A DNA stretch of 64,000 nucleotides from Trichoplax sp. H2 (GCA_003344405.1 NOWV01000026.1:186001-250000), one strand, 5' to 3'. Counted from the stretch's first letter, positions 12,461 to 27,577 are shown. Numbers and translations: made by a program. Notes: a model not told the origin generated them from the sequence alone.

Positions 12461-15400
12461 TTAAAAATTATTAATAATTGGCAAAGGGTGTGCCTCAGTA
12501 TTAAAAACATATTGATTAAGAGGCACGGGTTCTATCATTCTCCCTTCATCATCGTCATCAGAAAATAGTAAAAAGAGATATTTCAATGTTTCTGCTAAGA
12601 AGAAACTTTCTAATTTATCTCTATAACTGCCATGTTGCTTTACTGAATTAAGACTTGAATATCCATTTTCTACACGGCATTCTTTTTCGAACGCCTTAAA
12701 AATATTCCATCCATAATTTTTATATTTCGGGTCACGCGTTATTCTGTACAGTATGAACAAAGATTCAACGGTTTCTGGTCTTAATAGGTTATGGGCATCA
12801 TTAGGCTAGCACAAACGCAAGTAAAAGCAGTTACATAAAAAATAAAGAAGTTTCTCAAAATTGAATATTGCCTATAATTGCAAGATTATAATTATACTCG
12901 TATATTATTGATTAGTTACGGAACTAATGATACGAACCTTGACAATAATATCTTCGATCCCGTGTGGATTAGTATTAAAGTAAACAATTTCAGGGCTAAG
13001 TAACGTCGGCATTCGAGCATACATTTGATAACATGTTTCCGTTAATTCTTTTCCAATTTGTAGATGCTTAGCAGGTAAACCATTATGAGCTCCGAGTGCT
13101 AAATTACCGGCGAGAAAGCAAACCAAATGATCCTAATGAAATAGATAAAATAATTTTTACATCTTTCAAGAAGTGAAAAGTCTGCAATTTTACGATTAAT
13201 TATATTATTAGTATATCCCAATCGTAAATAGTTCAATCAATGTCTAGTTTTTAGAATAATGAGGAAATTTTATCTTAAATGCATTTGCTCTCACCATTTT
13301 GGGGCTAAATTGAGATCCGTGCATTTCTCCAACATAAGTCAGTTGGTTAGGAACAGATTTCTTGATCAAATGTTTTATAACACCATCCATGGCTTCTTCG
13401 TAATATTCCTTAAATCTGGAGGCAAACATTACCTTTTAGATAACTCATTTGTCAATGGTGTAACGGAAGCAGATATAGCGACTAGATTACACAGCAACTG
13501 ACCGAGTTTCCTGTTTATATGTTTGTAACCATTGCTTCAATAGATATTCATAATAGCTATCGCCTCTTGCACCTAAAGTAACAGTTCCAGATGTAAATTG
13601 GCCGGTATGTGTATTAATGTACATCGGGCAAAGTCCATCTTTCTTAGATAGCTTTTGAATCTTTGTTATTACATTATCAGCCAATCGCTAAATGACAGAA
13701 AAGGATTTCATGAGATCAAATGCCATAAATTTATCATTTTTGCAGGTAAATCGTAGCTAACAAAGCTATAGTTACTACGGGCAATACTTTGTAATTTTCG
13801 TCCTTAGTCAAGTAGGATAAATATCGAAACTCAAGTTGTATTGTTGAGACCTCTGAAAGACTGCTATCTCCGCCATATGATGGACCATGTGCAGTGCTAC
13901 TACCTAAATTAACATCAGAATATGGTATTCCAGATGGGGTGTTGAAAGCTGGAAGCAAACGATGTCCTAATTCCTTCTACAAAGTCGTATATTTTAATTA
14001 TTTAATTTTATTTAGTAATCAAAGATGACTCTGAGTTTACTACGGTACAATTTCATCTTTATAAGATAAGCTTGGTTAGAGTTTTACCATGTAGGTATAA
14101 TAAGTTAAAAAACTTTAGGGATTTGTTCTATATACTACCTTAGAGCGCACTTTTTCGATAAATTTATTATATTACTGTATATATATGGAGCTCCAATAAT
14201 GCATTTGTCAACAAACAACACAATTTATTATGGATATACTAGTAGCTACTATTAAACCATACAATCATAATCGATAATTTGTCTTCCTATTTACGAGTTA
14301 GGAATGAAAAAAATTTATAAATTTTGTAGTAAAATAGGTATTATCCTTACATGATTAAAAAATTTATATTCGGTAAAATCCTTTAATGGATACAGTACTT
14401 ACCGCTTGATTGAGAAAGACCTGATCTCCACTTATATTGTAAGCACTAAGCAATCCACCTAAAGCTCTGATAGTAATTTCAAATAAGTTTACATCGCGAT
14501 TCTTGTTAAAAGTTAACTTATTAGCGATCCAATCACGAGCTTCAGAATATTCGTCCTTTAATCCCATAATCAAAATGGTATCTATAGAATCGACAATAGT
14601 CAAACCTATATCGAACCATGTACTATGACTGCGTGATATCGGCCGTAACTCATCATGGCCCCAAGCAAATTTTTTATATCCCTGCCATGCATGCTGAAAT
14701 GCCTTCGCAACTTCCTTTTGTCTATCAGTTCTGTGGACTTTCCTATTTTGAGAAGGTTACAAAATATATACGCGTAAATACATTATAGGGTAAGATAGCA
14801 ATACAGTAATAGTAGTTATAAATTAGTCAATACATTGTGTTAATGTAACCAGTCGAGAAAACGTAAGTGTAGCTTACTAGTAATGATTATGTTACGGTCA
14901 ATCCCCGAGAACCGGCCATTCCCTATGACTGGCCGAGCAACTAGCTATTAACTCGGTCAATCCCTATGAATGGCCGAGTAACTGATCACCAATTTGGTCA
15001 ATCATATATGATAGTAAAGAATACGTATTTAAAACTAAAAGTTTCCGGATATCAGCCTGACAGATTGCCTGAGGGTGTAAACCAAGGACTTCTAAGAGGA
15101 ATTTCTTCGAAGTCTCTGGTATAAAGCGTGTAATAAATAAATGAATAGCACGTCTCCGTTGACTACAGTATAATAGGTATTATACAGATCGCTTAGCAAC
15201 TTCGAACTAAAAGAATTGCTAATATTTGAGTAAAAATTTACTAATACAGAGTAATTTCGGAATTAAACATTAGGGTGAATATAGTGTGCAAGTTTAACTG
15301 CAATTACTGCATTCTACTATTATAGCATATACTAAAACAATTCTGAATATTTAAACAGTGGCTAAATTTTTATAGCTTTTGATTATCTCCATTAAATTAA

Positions 15401-16030
15401 AGCAAAAAATATTGAATTACGCCTGTAAACCTTTTTGAAGAAACCGAAATAATAGAATGATATACTATGATAATCACTTTTTGAGTACGTAGTATTGTTT
15501 TATAGTATTTAATTGAGTATGAATATAATTCTTAAGGCTTTAATATCCAGTTTTACCGCAATTACGGTCCTTATTTTACTTGATTATAAATTTTTTTGTA
15601 AGGAATAGGAAGTACTTTTAATTTAGTTAGTGGACGACATTGTACTGAAATTGACTTGCGAGTATCACTTTTAACATACTATAGTACAGCATAAAGGATA
15701 AGCATTGTATTACCATTGCCTAATATTATCTAGCCAACTGCTAGTCCTTTTACTCATTTTTGGCGGCGAATCGCTGACAATTTGCTCGCTGTTTGTATCA
15801 GATAAATGAGGATGCATAGGGCGCACAGGTCGATTTACGAGAATCTTTTCAGGGTTGTTAGTTTTATATCTTGATTTACCGGCTGCTTTATCGCGGCGAA
15901 TATCTTCCATTATTCGCTGAGTATCAAGTTGAACGTTATTGCTTGATACTTTTACAATGGCTAGCATAACCAATGCAATAGTACCACATATAGCGATAAA
16001 TCTTTGAAAGCTAGACATTCGGTTCCATGC
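12461..16030 (-). CDS. MAN1B1: ER mannosyl-oligosaccharide 1,2-alpha-mannosidase (GH47); first exon/start codon not resolved (upstream of 16030)
   Basis: Type II TM exon 16030-15714 ([21 protein letters not shown]). Catalytic-domain motifs: [92 protein letters not shown]. Stop codon at 12461. Confidence 0.93.
14895..15003. repeat. Degenerate short tandem repeat (GGTCAATCCC.../GGCCGAG.AACT units) in a MAN1B1 intron
   Basis: GGTCAATC occurs three times and TCCCTATGA.TGGCCGAG.AACT occurs twice, with about 40-45 nt spacing. Confidence 0.5.
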
Positions 16031-19000
16031 CTGATAAATATAAGGAGCTGATTACTATTTATACCTAATAAATACAATAAAACTCGCGTAAAAGCAGTAA
16101 AATTTAGATAACAGCTAAATATATTTAGAAGTTTTCATTCAATTTAAGCTCGGTCTCATCCGTCATAATTTGCTCTCACTATATCAAGTACTCCTAGCAT
16201 AGTGAACGTACATACCGTACTATCCACGAAGACTCGCCTCGATCATTCGCATCGAGCGAGCAAGATAGGCAATGCTAAAGTTATCTTACAAAAAACATGT
16301 GGCGGTATAACACTTGCCCTGAAACGGAACAATAACTGTAGTCTACGAACCACAGGATTATAACGAGAACAAAAGTAAAGTCTTAGCAGATGGTAATTTA
16401 TTATCATATAAGAAAGGAAGATCCATTAGGCTAAAGGGTATTATAAAGCTCGCATAGATTATAATAATTTATGAATACAGTTTAGCGAAGCCATACTCAA
16501 GATAAATTGTAAACTGTTATTGCTATATCTACGAGCACTACGTGGTATTTATGCTAGCGATAAATCATTTTTAAAAGAGCTAACAGTTGAAGTTAATATT
16601 TTATTTACAGTACAATTAGCGAAAATTAATTATGCGTATAGTATAAACAAAAAAGTTTTAAAGACAAAAAGTAGAAATCCAGACTGTTTACCTAGAAAAG
16701 TGTTGCTTTATAGAATTTATTATCGGAGGTGGTGATTTTTTTATCTCGAATAAAAAAGATATGACGAATAGTAGCTTTTTTAATGGATAGTAAAGGAGAA
16801 AAAGTAAGTGACTTAACCAACTTCAACTGCGATCAATTACGCATTAGCTGATTTCGATTAGACGCCGTATTTACATTAAACAGTGAAAGTAGAGACGCTG
16901 AGGGCCGAAAGAAGATATACTAAGATACTAAGTTAGTTAATTTCAATTGTAATCAATAGGACGTTGATTGATTTCGATTGGTGATACTGTACGTGGATTT
17001 TATAGTGAAAATAGACATAAGGAGGGTCCGTAATATAAGGTACAGTAAAATATTTAAGTGAACATGAGGATTTTTACTGCATGTAAGTGTATGCTATCGA
17101 GAGTAAATCTGCCTGCTGTAACTTTGGAGTTGAGATAATGAAGATAGCGGTGCAATGGCATTTAAGTGCGATAATACTGTTGGGTATTGCGGAAATGTAG
17201 TATCTGAGAGAATATCCTGAATCTGGATTTTACGTTTTAGGCCATAAATTATCTTTTACAGTATTTAAAGGTTAACATATAATCAAAGTAATTCATGATA
17301 GATTATTTTAACATAATAACTGATACTTATACAGTAGCACTACAACCACAACTAGTTTAATGAAATATAATCTTGCGGTGAATCATTCAAATCTACGTAT
17401 TCCTAATGGTGTATAATATATATATATATAATTATATAGTATTATGTAAAACAGTCGTAATCATTTTGTAATTTTTTAAAACACTTTAGAAGGCTCTGTA
17501 ACTAGGACAAATTCAGTACAGTATAGTGTAAATAGGACCAGGTTAGTAATAATTTAATAGATACTTAATGCTAGTGCTGTACAGCTACGGATCACTAGTG
17601 GTCCATGGTCCAGTGGATGGCATAGGTTGTATAATATGAATATAACATAGTTGATGACATAGACAATGAGCTGGTACATCGTCATCAGGAACAAGTTGTT
17701 TAACTGAAAATGCCCTCATTTAGTGTGCCGTATAACAGTACGTTTGCTTCGTGTCACATTTTGGATAAGAGTTACAATTGGGGTAGTGTACAGATTATAC
17801 TGCATGTACACCTGTGCAAGTCCGGTCTTTCAACTATTAAAGATGGAGACTATACGCGGAAAGTATTGTAAATATAAAATAGCGTAGATAGTTAGAATGT
17901 TAAGTAGTTGATAGCGAGATTTATGCAAGACTCGAGATATGACGTGTGTAGTGTAGAGACCCTTAGAGAGGGTCTCTAGTTTACTGTATAAACGTTTACG
18001 TTAAAATATTGCACAAGCCTGAAGAATTCATGCTAAATTTATAACTTCTGAGCATTTTATTGGCAAACCATCGGCTTACAGCATTAAGTATTTTTTAAAG
18101 TTGCTTGCATGAAATGTATAACAAAGTCCTTAAGTAGCTCCAAAAGTTATTTGCAGTAATGAATAATAAATGTACTTATTTCCGTACGGATGTAAATCGT
18201 AGTGTAGAGAATATGCTACATACTATACCGTAAATATATAGTCATGAAATACGCGTATTTCATGTTAACTGTTATTGCAAGAAGTTAGTATTGAGATTTA
18301 AGACTTCCAAAGTAGCAACTTGGTTAAGAACGAAAATCGACATTACCTGAGAATTACGAGTAACTTAATTGGTCGTTCACTTACCCTTTTCAAAGATACT
18401 GGTCGTCTGGATTTACTGTTATAATAATCCGCATCAACTTGCTTGATATCCATACCGATAAATTCTCGTTGGTTCGAGGTATATTTATTCATAGTGTTTA
18501 AAATGTTCAATTAACGTTATACGAGTAATGATACAGTAATACGCGTAAGCCTGACTGTTTCAACTTTTTTATATGGTATTAATATTCGAGAACAAAATTC
18601 TGAAAATAAACCACCAATAATCTATAAGCTATATTCAGTTTCAACTAGAGATACTATGTGTATTTATGCTCTACTGTACTCTTCTCAATTGATAGCAAAA
18701 CAACTTATTGCACAGAATTTATAAATAGATAATATGTTTTGATCAAGTGATCAATGAAAGAGCTGCAACTAGGTATCCTGCAGGTTAACTTTGTGGTCTT
18801 CGTTTGCGTAGTGTTAATCGGAGTGAACAGTCTTTAGGCGTTATATTAACCGACATTAATATGCAAGCAAAATTGAGTCGTTGCCTCCACCAACGCTTTC
18901 AACTGCTAAAACTGTCTTTCTTTAGTGAGCAGGTATCTCGATGATGATTCTAGATTTACACTAAGTATAGTAGTAGAGTAAGTAGCCAAGTTAAAAATCG

Positions 19001-22000
19001 AAGAGGCCGAACCAGTTTCCATCTGGTTTTACGTAGTATAATACAGCACAGTTCTGTACATTGAGTACAATCCAACACAGTAATAAGACTATAGGACGAT
19101 TGATACGGGTCGGATTAGGTTCAATCGGCTAAGAGCTGTCGTTACTGTAGTGTACAGTACGAATTAGTAGGCAGTAAAGATATAAATCTCTAGGTTTCCT
19201 TCCGGTAGTCCATCCAGCTCTAGTGCACAATGCACAATACTTGTCGACGTGTCATGCACACTTGCACAGTTGAGGTTTTCATACTGCACGTAGGTCTGGT
19301 CTACAAAGAATGCAAAGATTGTACAATGTACAGTACCGTAAGAAGTCAATAGGTTTAGTATGAAGAAAAGCCTTGAATTTAAAATTTTACCCACTACTTT
19401 ACACTACTGCAGATTCACACGCGTTGAAGATTAGGATAGAGAGAACATTACTGTATCGCCAATTTTAACAAGGAATTGTCACGTCTCTCTGTCTCATTAC
19501 TCTAAAGTAATAATATAAAAAGTAACGTTCGATCGAATAATAATATAACAATAAACACACAGTAAGTCAGCAAGTGTTCTGAGATTGCCTCTCAGGTAGC
19601 CCTGGAGGCATTAGGTGCATGACTTTTCAGAGTCTTTAGAGTAATCACAGATATCATCCATCATTCAGGTTCAGAATGGCTCCAAATAATTTTATCCATG
19701 TACCTATTTTTGGCGGAGATGTTAACGGGGCCTTAGTGCATATTATTTACTACAGTGTAAATAACGTATATAATGGATAGTACAGTACGATAATAATGGT
19801 GCACTTATGGCACGAAAGGGGTACTAAGACTTTACGAAAGCACTATGAAGCAGACACCGTACTTTAGTAATGCATAAAAGGTTGACGGCTAATAATGTTA
19901 TCCAATGGTATCTGTACGCAAAGTCATTTATACTGATTAACTCAGTCACTGAGTGTAGTTAAACGTACGTACAATACAAATACTAATTTGATGTATTACT
20001 CCTTCTTATTCTGAACTTTTAAAAGCTCGTTTACATTACTGTTTTATTAATCCTTCTCAGATTATTTAATTATTATCCACGCTAAAGATCCTGAAAGAAT
20101 AGTCTAGATCATACATACTTTACACGCATCCAATTTTATATACGGTATGTCAAATTCTTTTCACTCATACATACGCGTAGATCATTGATGACAACATATG
20201 TACGTGTACTGCATGCGCATGGCTTGATGTAATTAATTTAATTTAATGTACAGTTAATTGAAATCTGGTCAACGATCTTGATTCGATAGTTTTTATTGAG
20301 TAATCACTACCTACCAACAACATTCTTTTCGTTATTATGACATTTGTTCCGTCCTGCTTTAAATCTACAAATCAATGAATTTCGTCTGAATGCCCTCATA
20401 ATAACGGTATTATTCTCAAATTAACATGATAATAACCTATATACAAGTATATGTATGCCATATACTATAGTACGCCTTTGCGTATAACAATCAATATTAT
20501 ACTATACATGCTAATATATTACGATTACATTGTAATTTTGGAATTCATTAATTTCTAAATATACCATGACTTCTCCTATAGCCTTAGGTGGCTTAACCTC
20601 AATTGTAATTTGCACCGTTAGTTTATTATTTTAATTTGTATCTTCTTCTTTTTTTTTGGAGAGTATTAGCTGCTATCAATTTACCTACGTATCTATGCCA
20701 GTTGTTGTTCTCGTATTTTCTATTAATGCTACACTATGCTTGACGATATGTAAGAGAGATCTTTTTGCAGATATTATACATCTTATATGCAGCAACTTAA
20801 CGACGACTGATCGTTGAAATAGCGATAATTGGATCAATATCATAGAAAATAAATGTATAAGTAGAAACGATAATGATGTAAGTTTACCCTTAATTTGATT
20901 AGTTTTGTTAATTGTTACGACGCAGATTGCTGTAAGTATTCTGAATATGTGATTGTTAGTATACAGAATGTTTTAAAAAATTAGAATTATCATATAGACT
21001 TCATTAATTTCCGAATTCTCTTGACACCAGTTCAAGAAACTAATACACTCAGAGCGATTTAAAAATGAATCGAACATCTGCTAGTGTATCAGATAAATAA
21101 TCGCTTTTAACTAATGCATTTTCTTTCATAAATTTTAGTCATAAAACGGATTTCATCATATCTAAAATTAAAACTATAAATAGAAAAAATTGGTAGCATA
21201 TACATGTCTTAATGTTTATGCTATACAGTATTTCGTTGTATTTATTAAAATGGACGAACTTTTGACAATAGCTCATAATTACTTCAATGATGGCAGACTT
21301 CTAGATTTTCTTATAAAGTATGAAATCTTACGTATGAAATCTTACGTACGAATGAATAGATAAAAACCATATTTTCTAAATTGCTGTAGTTTTAAAATGA
21401 AATCAATCTTCAACTACAGGTATATCAAAGGAGATAACTTATATGACTACCAGACGAATATCTGAATTATCACTAAACTACTACAAGAGTTTATCGAGAG
21501 TAGTAAACATAGTCGTTACTGATCTTAATTTTTATGAAAAATTAATTGAGCTTTGCAACCACCTGCTCATATTTAAGTTCCCAGAAAATGATCAAGACAC
21601 AGATTTAACGTTATATTCATTGAATTGTCAAGATTTATTTGATTATTTGACAAAAAAGTGTTGATGTAATTGTAGTTTATTTAACATGCCTTCTTTTTAA
21701 GTAGTGTTAATTTATCTCCCCACAATGAAATTACCAAGCATTAGTAAAGAGATAACCTTAACGATAATCTTCAAGAAAGAGCGAAGTAAATGTATAATTG
21801 CAGCAATTAATTTCAATGTGAATGAGAATAGGATAGACGAGGCACTCTTAACCTATTCTATTTCCGTTTAGATGTTCCTCTCTATATATCTACGCGTACT
21901 TATACTACAGCAATTAAGCTTCGATTACCGGCAATACATTAATTTAATTTTATATACAACATAACTTTCTTCTCGTACATTAGATTCTTAATTAAAGGAT

Positions 22001-23410
22001 ATGTTTATGGCTAAGTACATGGAATCAATGTTGCATGATAAAAGCGAATTTGAATTTTCTTATAAATTAGTTTTATTATATCGTAAACCTAATTAGCAAC
22101 AAGTCTGTAATATATACTGTATGCTATAAATTTTAAAAATGATTTGCATAGAATAGCGTATATATTACTTCTATTACATGAACATAGCTATCAAAAAAAT
22201 AGGTGGATATTTCATTAATATAGGTTAAACTCTACGTACTTACATAATCTGATAAAAGTTTCCAAAATATTTTTCAATGTCAGTTGAATTCTTTTCGTCC
22301 AATTGGATATTACTATCAACAACAGAATGCGTATATAAATTATATACTCGAACGCATATTTTGTCAAATTTGTGTAATTACATACGTAGCGTATGCTATT
22401 GTCAGAGTATGAATTAATCAACTCATAAGATGTTTTTATATTGCTCTAGTAATTTTTAGTAACCATGACAGTTAAAGGGTAAGATATGATTCCAAGATTA
22501 GTTCCATAATTTGATTTAAATTTATCATTTAATACTTGGATAATTAATACATGCGAAAACCGATACAGTAATCTATTAACACTGAAGCATAGAACTGTGG
22601 GGCTTACATAGAGATTAACAGTATAACCGCTAGTTCATTTCTCTATATCGGACACTACTCTAAATTTAAACTTCAAGGATTTAACTGATCCTTCGAAATG
22701 GCAGGACGTCCATTCTTTGCTATTATTAACAATATGGGCGTCTTTGTTGACGATTCAGTAACGTCTATAGAGTAACATGTAATAATACATACGCTCAACA
22801 AGTGGTGTTTTCTTCCAACTAATGGCATTAAATATTAAGTTAAATTTTATTAGTAAGTAAGCTTAAGTTCATAGCACTATTCTTATATTTATTAAATCAT
22901 AACCGTCAGCCTCAGCATTCTCATCCAATTGTATCATTTTCGTTGAAATTATTGCCATAGTTTTGAATATTTTATCACTAGATTATCACTACGTATTCCA
23001 TTACTCAGTTAAAAAGATAAAGGCCATACTGTCGTTTCTAACCATTTTCATTCGCTACTGTAGTGAAACCAAAATTTATGCAAGAGATACCATAGTTGAT
23101 CGACTGTCATACTTGATCAGTTTATTGTTTGTTTGTTTAAATCATAAAGTAATGACTTCTACTTGTATCAAGTTATCGAATATTTTACTGTTGTAGGACT
23201 GCTATCAGTCGTGGATGGATAGTCAGTTAAGATTATCGTAATTTGCCGATATATGCCTAAATTTAATCAATATTTAAACGAGAGAAAGATCGTTCGCAGA
23301 GCCATGTTTACGGCCTTGCTCGCCGACTTTTAGATGAAACGCAATACATTAATCCAATATCAAAAGAAGATTGCGAAAAAGGATTACATCTAAGACTTCA
23401 GATTAATAAA

Positions 23411-26400
23411 ATGGTAAGTATTTCGGACTTATATAAACATTTCATTATCACAGAGTTAACGAACGATTGTGAAATTACTGTAGTACTAAAATTACAATAT
23501 TATCGAGATTAATAGCCATTAGTCGTGGAGTCAATTTTTTTTGGCCGTAATTAATAAATCGCCATCATGTTTTGATAAATAAAAATAAAATTTCTTAATT
23601 TATGTAGTCAAGCTAATTTTAAGCTTTGCATCCAACTGTAGCGCACATTAATAATTCCGATGGTGATCAAGGATTTAACTTCAATGCTAAACCCGTAGAA
23701 CTACAATTGATAATTTAATGATAATGCAAGAATCGACAATAAACATAAATTAAATTAAAACTCAAGAAATTGATTGTAATTGGCTAAATTACCAATATAG
23801 TATTGCGTCACCGGTTCGCCTCTCATGAATCTTGTTTAATCGTTCTGATAGTTATAATTTATGTTATAAGGTTAATATTTAGCTATCTCTGCAGTTGTTA
23901 TAAATTAGTAAAATGTTTACATCACATCCTTATCGCTTTGTTGAAGTAATACATAGACTAGTAGTGTTCTAAAGTTTTTATGTATCTAAGATTTCAACTA
24001 ACACTTCGGATGCCTTCAGTGATAGGACCGGCGACAGGATCTTAGATTTTGTCGAATTATTGGTTACTCGCTTGCATTATTCGTTTGTGTATTTATTAAT
24101 TCAAATACTATATAACATCTCTTAATAAATTCCTTTTACACATATAGAAACTCGAATCATTACCTACATATCCAATTCAATCTATGGTGGCGTATTTGTT
24201 AGCTGCTATTGTTGCTGTATGCATTATAGTATACTTGTTAGGATGTATTTGGTGTCGACGTAAAGAAATGAGCGCAATTGATGCAGCTGAACTATCAGCT
24301 CTAGTTACAAGCAGGAAAATGGCTAAAAGATATTATCGCATTAAAAGATCAAAACAAGAAGTCAAGAAATTATCTTTAGATTTTCCTTCCTTGGATAATC
24401 CTCAAAACAAGACAGTAAAAACAGATAAAATTAATTATAATTCAACTTCTTGGTCAGCTCGTGGTCGGCATAATGGTGTATTACATCAGCATCATTTAAG
24501 TGATAGCGAGATACCGGTGACTGAATTATCATCGACCGTACAGACTTCTAATTTGGGCTCAGGTACTAATTTGCCGAGGGTGCTACAGAGAAGTTATAGC
24601 GCTGATTTAAACTTGAAAGAAGCGCAATCAACTCGAGAAGAATTAAATAAAATTTTTCAAATAAAAAGCAAAATGCTAGTTAAACAGCTGAGCAAGCGAG
24701 GACCATCGAAGGTATGCTAAATTAGGAATTGATAATTTTAACAATTAGAATTATGAAACACACAGGTATAACATTATTAGAATTATTTACTATTACGTAA
24801 GTACACTGTACAGTAAGATAGTTGTAACGATAAGCAGTTACCTAGACGTACTACACGCAGTGTTAAGATGAGATAATGTAGTGGATTTACTAAGATAAGA
24901 GTATGATACGGTATTGCGGATGTAACGCGGCATAATGTGTGGCCTCTTAGACTGTAGTTAGTATTTAAAAGGCAGTAGATCTTAAGTAAAGGCAGAATTA
25001 GTAAGCTTACCAGGTGGAGTATATCTGCGTCAATTTACCCCCATCGTTAACGTCTATGCAGCGAACACAACGTTTACTACATAATTTAATGGAAAAGCTT
25101 GAAGTTTTTGAAAAGATTGCATAATACGTATTACAGAATAAAAATAACATTACCATTCGTATAATTAGCGATGATAAGTAATTGTAAGAATCTACTTTGC
25201 CTAGGCTAACACCCTACCCAAAAATTATAAGGATTTATCAGTCAGTGGATCCATCCAGTTTACACTCAAGTATAATGAAACAGAGCAAACTTTATTCGTA
25301 AACGTGGTTAGCATTCTTAATCTGCTTGAGAAAGAGCACAAGAATTTGTGTGATCCATTTGTTATGATTCAAATTTTGCCTCAAGACGGTGATACCTTGA
25401 CAGGAGTCACAAAAATCAAGCGCAAGACTATTCAACCTGTATTTAATACAACGTTTTGCTTTAAAGGAACAGTAAGAGATCTTAAAAGGAAATCAATAGA
25501 ATTTTTAGTTTTAGATTACAACAAACAAAAACCACACAAAATTTTGGGTCAAGTTTTATTTCCTTTGGGTTTCTATGCCTTCAAAGAAGAATTATCATTG
25601 CATTGGAAACGACTAGGAGTATGTCCTAAGGTAATGAATAAGTAGATAATTTTGCTTTAAATAAAATAAAATGTATTTAAGTTCCTGTTTAACTTCCGAA
25701 TATTTTCTTAAAAAGAGATCTTATTGATCAAAGACAACCTACAAAATTGAATTCTGTTGCTTTGTAGTTAAGAGTTATTGCTACTTCGAAGCTATGTTCT
25801 AATGATAAAGATTAAACTTGTATATTGTACGGTAACTTTAGATATTAATATTTCTACATACTCACCATAAATCAATATGAATTGGAATATAAGATAGATT
25901 ATGTAAAGGCTGTTTATGCTAGTACTTGTATATAATGATACTGCACAACTGTAAATTGACAATATACTCCTATTTCCAATGTTAAATTATTGTTTCATTA
26001 TTGCATAGGAATTTCCGAGCCCTGGCGAAATACAGTTATCTCTTAGACACGTGCCATCAGAGGCAAATGATGAGGAATTAATCGTCGTTGTTCACCAAGC
26101 AAGAAATTTGTTACCAATGGATATCAATACCAGCTTATCGGGTAAAGCACGCATTAACAGGGCGGATGCAGCATTTACGCCGACATCTATTACAAAAAAA
26201 CGTCTTGTATTAATTAGAAAACTCGTATATTCATTATATTCAATCTCGATAAAAATGCACGTATTTTAATACTTTCTCAGTGTCATATGTAAAATTATGC
26301 TAAAAATTTCATAAATATTGGACTATAAGGGTGTGCTTTATTTTTATCTAACCAACATTATAATATTCATACGCTGTTGTAGACGCTCTTGTGGAAATCA

Positions 26401-26699
26401 CTATTAATACGTCCAGAATACAGACACAGAAAAGAAAAACACAAACCGAAAGGCGATCTTTGAATCCCATCTATGAAGAAACCTTCCATTTTAAGGTGTC
26501 ATCTATGGAATTGGCGAGTGCAACGATTAGATTTGATGTTATACATGATCAAGCCCCTATTGAATATTATACCATTGGTTACATTATTATGGAAGGGAGT
26601 CCATCTATTGGAAAGGATATCCAACGGCCCTTCTTCTTGCATTCCCTTCAGTCAACTGAAATCAGTAAGATTTGGTTTCCCTTGAACATACACGTATGA
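23411..26699 (+). CDS. Synaptotagmin-family protein (short luminal N-terminus, TM helix, linker, C2A, C2B), divergent
   Basis: The ATG at 23411-23413 sits directly before a GTAAGT donor and splices in frame to exon 24148-24711 (KLESLPTYPIQS, TM MVAYLLAAIVAVCIIVYLL, then GCIWCRRK). C2A is 25205-25630 (GSIQFTLKY...DPFVMIQILP...TKIKRKTIQPVFN). C2B is 26009-26141 plus 26383-26699 (GEIQLSL...QARNLLPMD...KTQTERRSLNPIYEETFHF). Confidence 0.85.
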
Positions 26700-27577
26700 T
26701 GCCGTTTCGTTATGGTGTGATGAACAAGGCTACCTATATTTTAGATAATAATTTCGTCGTTACAACATTTCTCGTATTTATGCCGCCCATATTGCCTCAA
26801 ATTATAATTATAATTATCGATGGGGCAATTATTTAATAAATTATGAAAGTGATTTAGGATCCGCCTATTTGGGCGTGGCGACCACAATTATAGAATCTTA
26901 CGGAACTATTACATATATTACGAAGGTATAAGAAATTATCTCTGGGTGTCTTATTATTAATACAGGATGTTTCGATCCTTTACTCATATATTAATGTTAA
27001 ATATTATCGTAATTTAAAACTGTTCCAAAATTTTGTAAAAAGCTGCCTACTAACATTTTTAGGCCAGCACTAACACTATGCATATTTACTGTGTTACAAG
27101 CAATATTTATAACCACCCTATGAGAATTAAATAAGCCTAATACCTAATGCAATGAGGTAATACTGCATTATATGTGCGTCATGGGAGAAAATTTAGAAAA
27201 AATTCAAATCAATGCGTTTAAAGAAATGTGCAGGAAACATATAAAACCACTTTTACAACATGGTACTTGTTTAATTAGCTATTTGTTATCTGCTAAATAA
27301 ACAATCGCTATTCTATATAATTTCAAGGCTGCACAAAATTTATTTCAGTATTAAAAAGCGGCCAAGTTATACACAGATATATAGTCAATTGTAAATGGTT
27401 AGGCAATCTAGGTATCATTTATTGATGGTAGTATAGAAAGAGGCAAAGGAATGTACCAGGGTACATTAAATCAGAAGTAAAGATCTGACATTGCAACCGA
27501 AGTACTAATTATTTGTGGATTTGTAATATATGAGAAGTTTCATAAAAGTAGCATCATCATTATTGCTAGTATTATTT

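Noticed and set aside
16200..16430. Candidate first exon and start codon of MAN1B1
   Set aside because: The ATG-initiated frames I tested hit stops before a phase-compatible donor, so the 5' end is left unresolved.
19164..21664. Isolated ORFs 19164-19394 (-) and 21443-21664 (+) in the long intergenic region
   Set aside because: They show no recognisable domain and no convincing chain of in-phase exons. Their lengths are within chance expectation.
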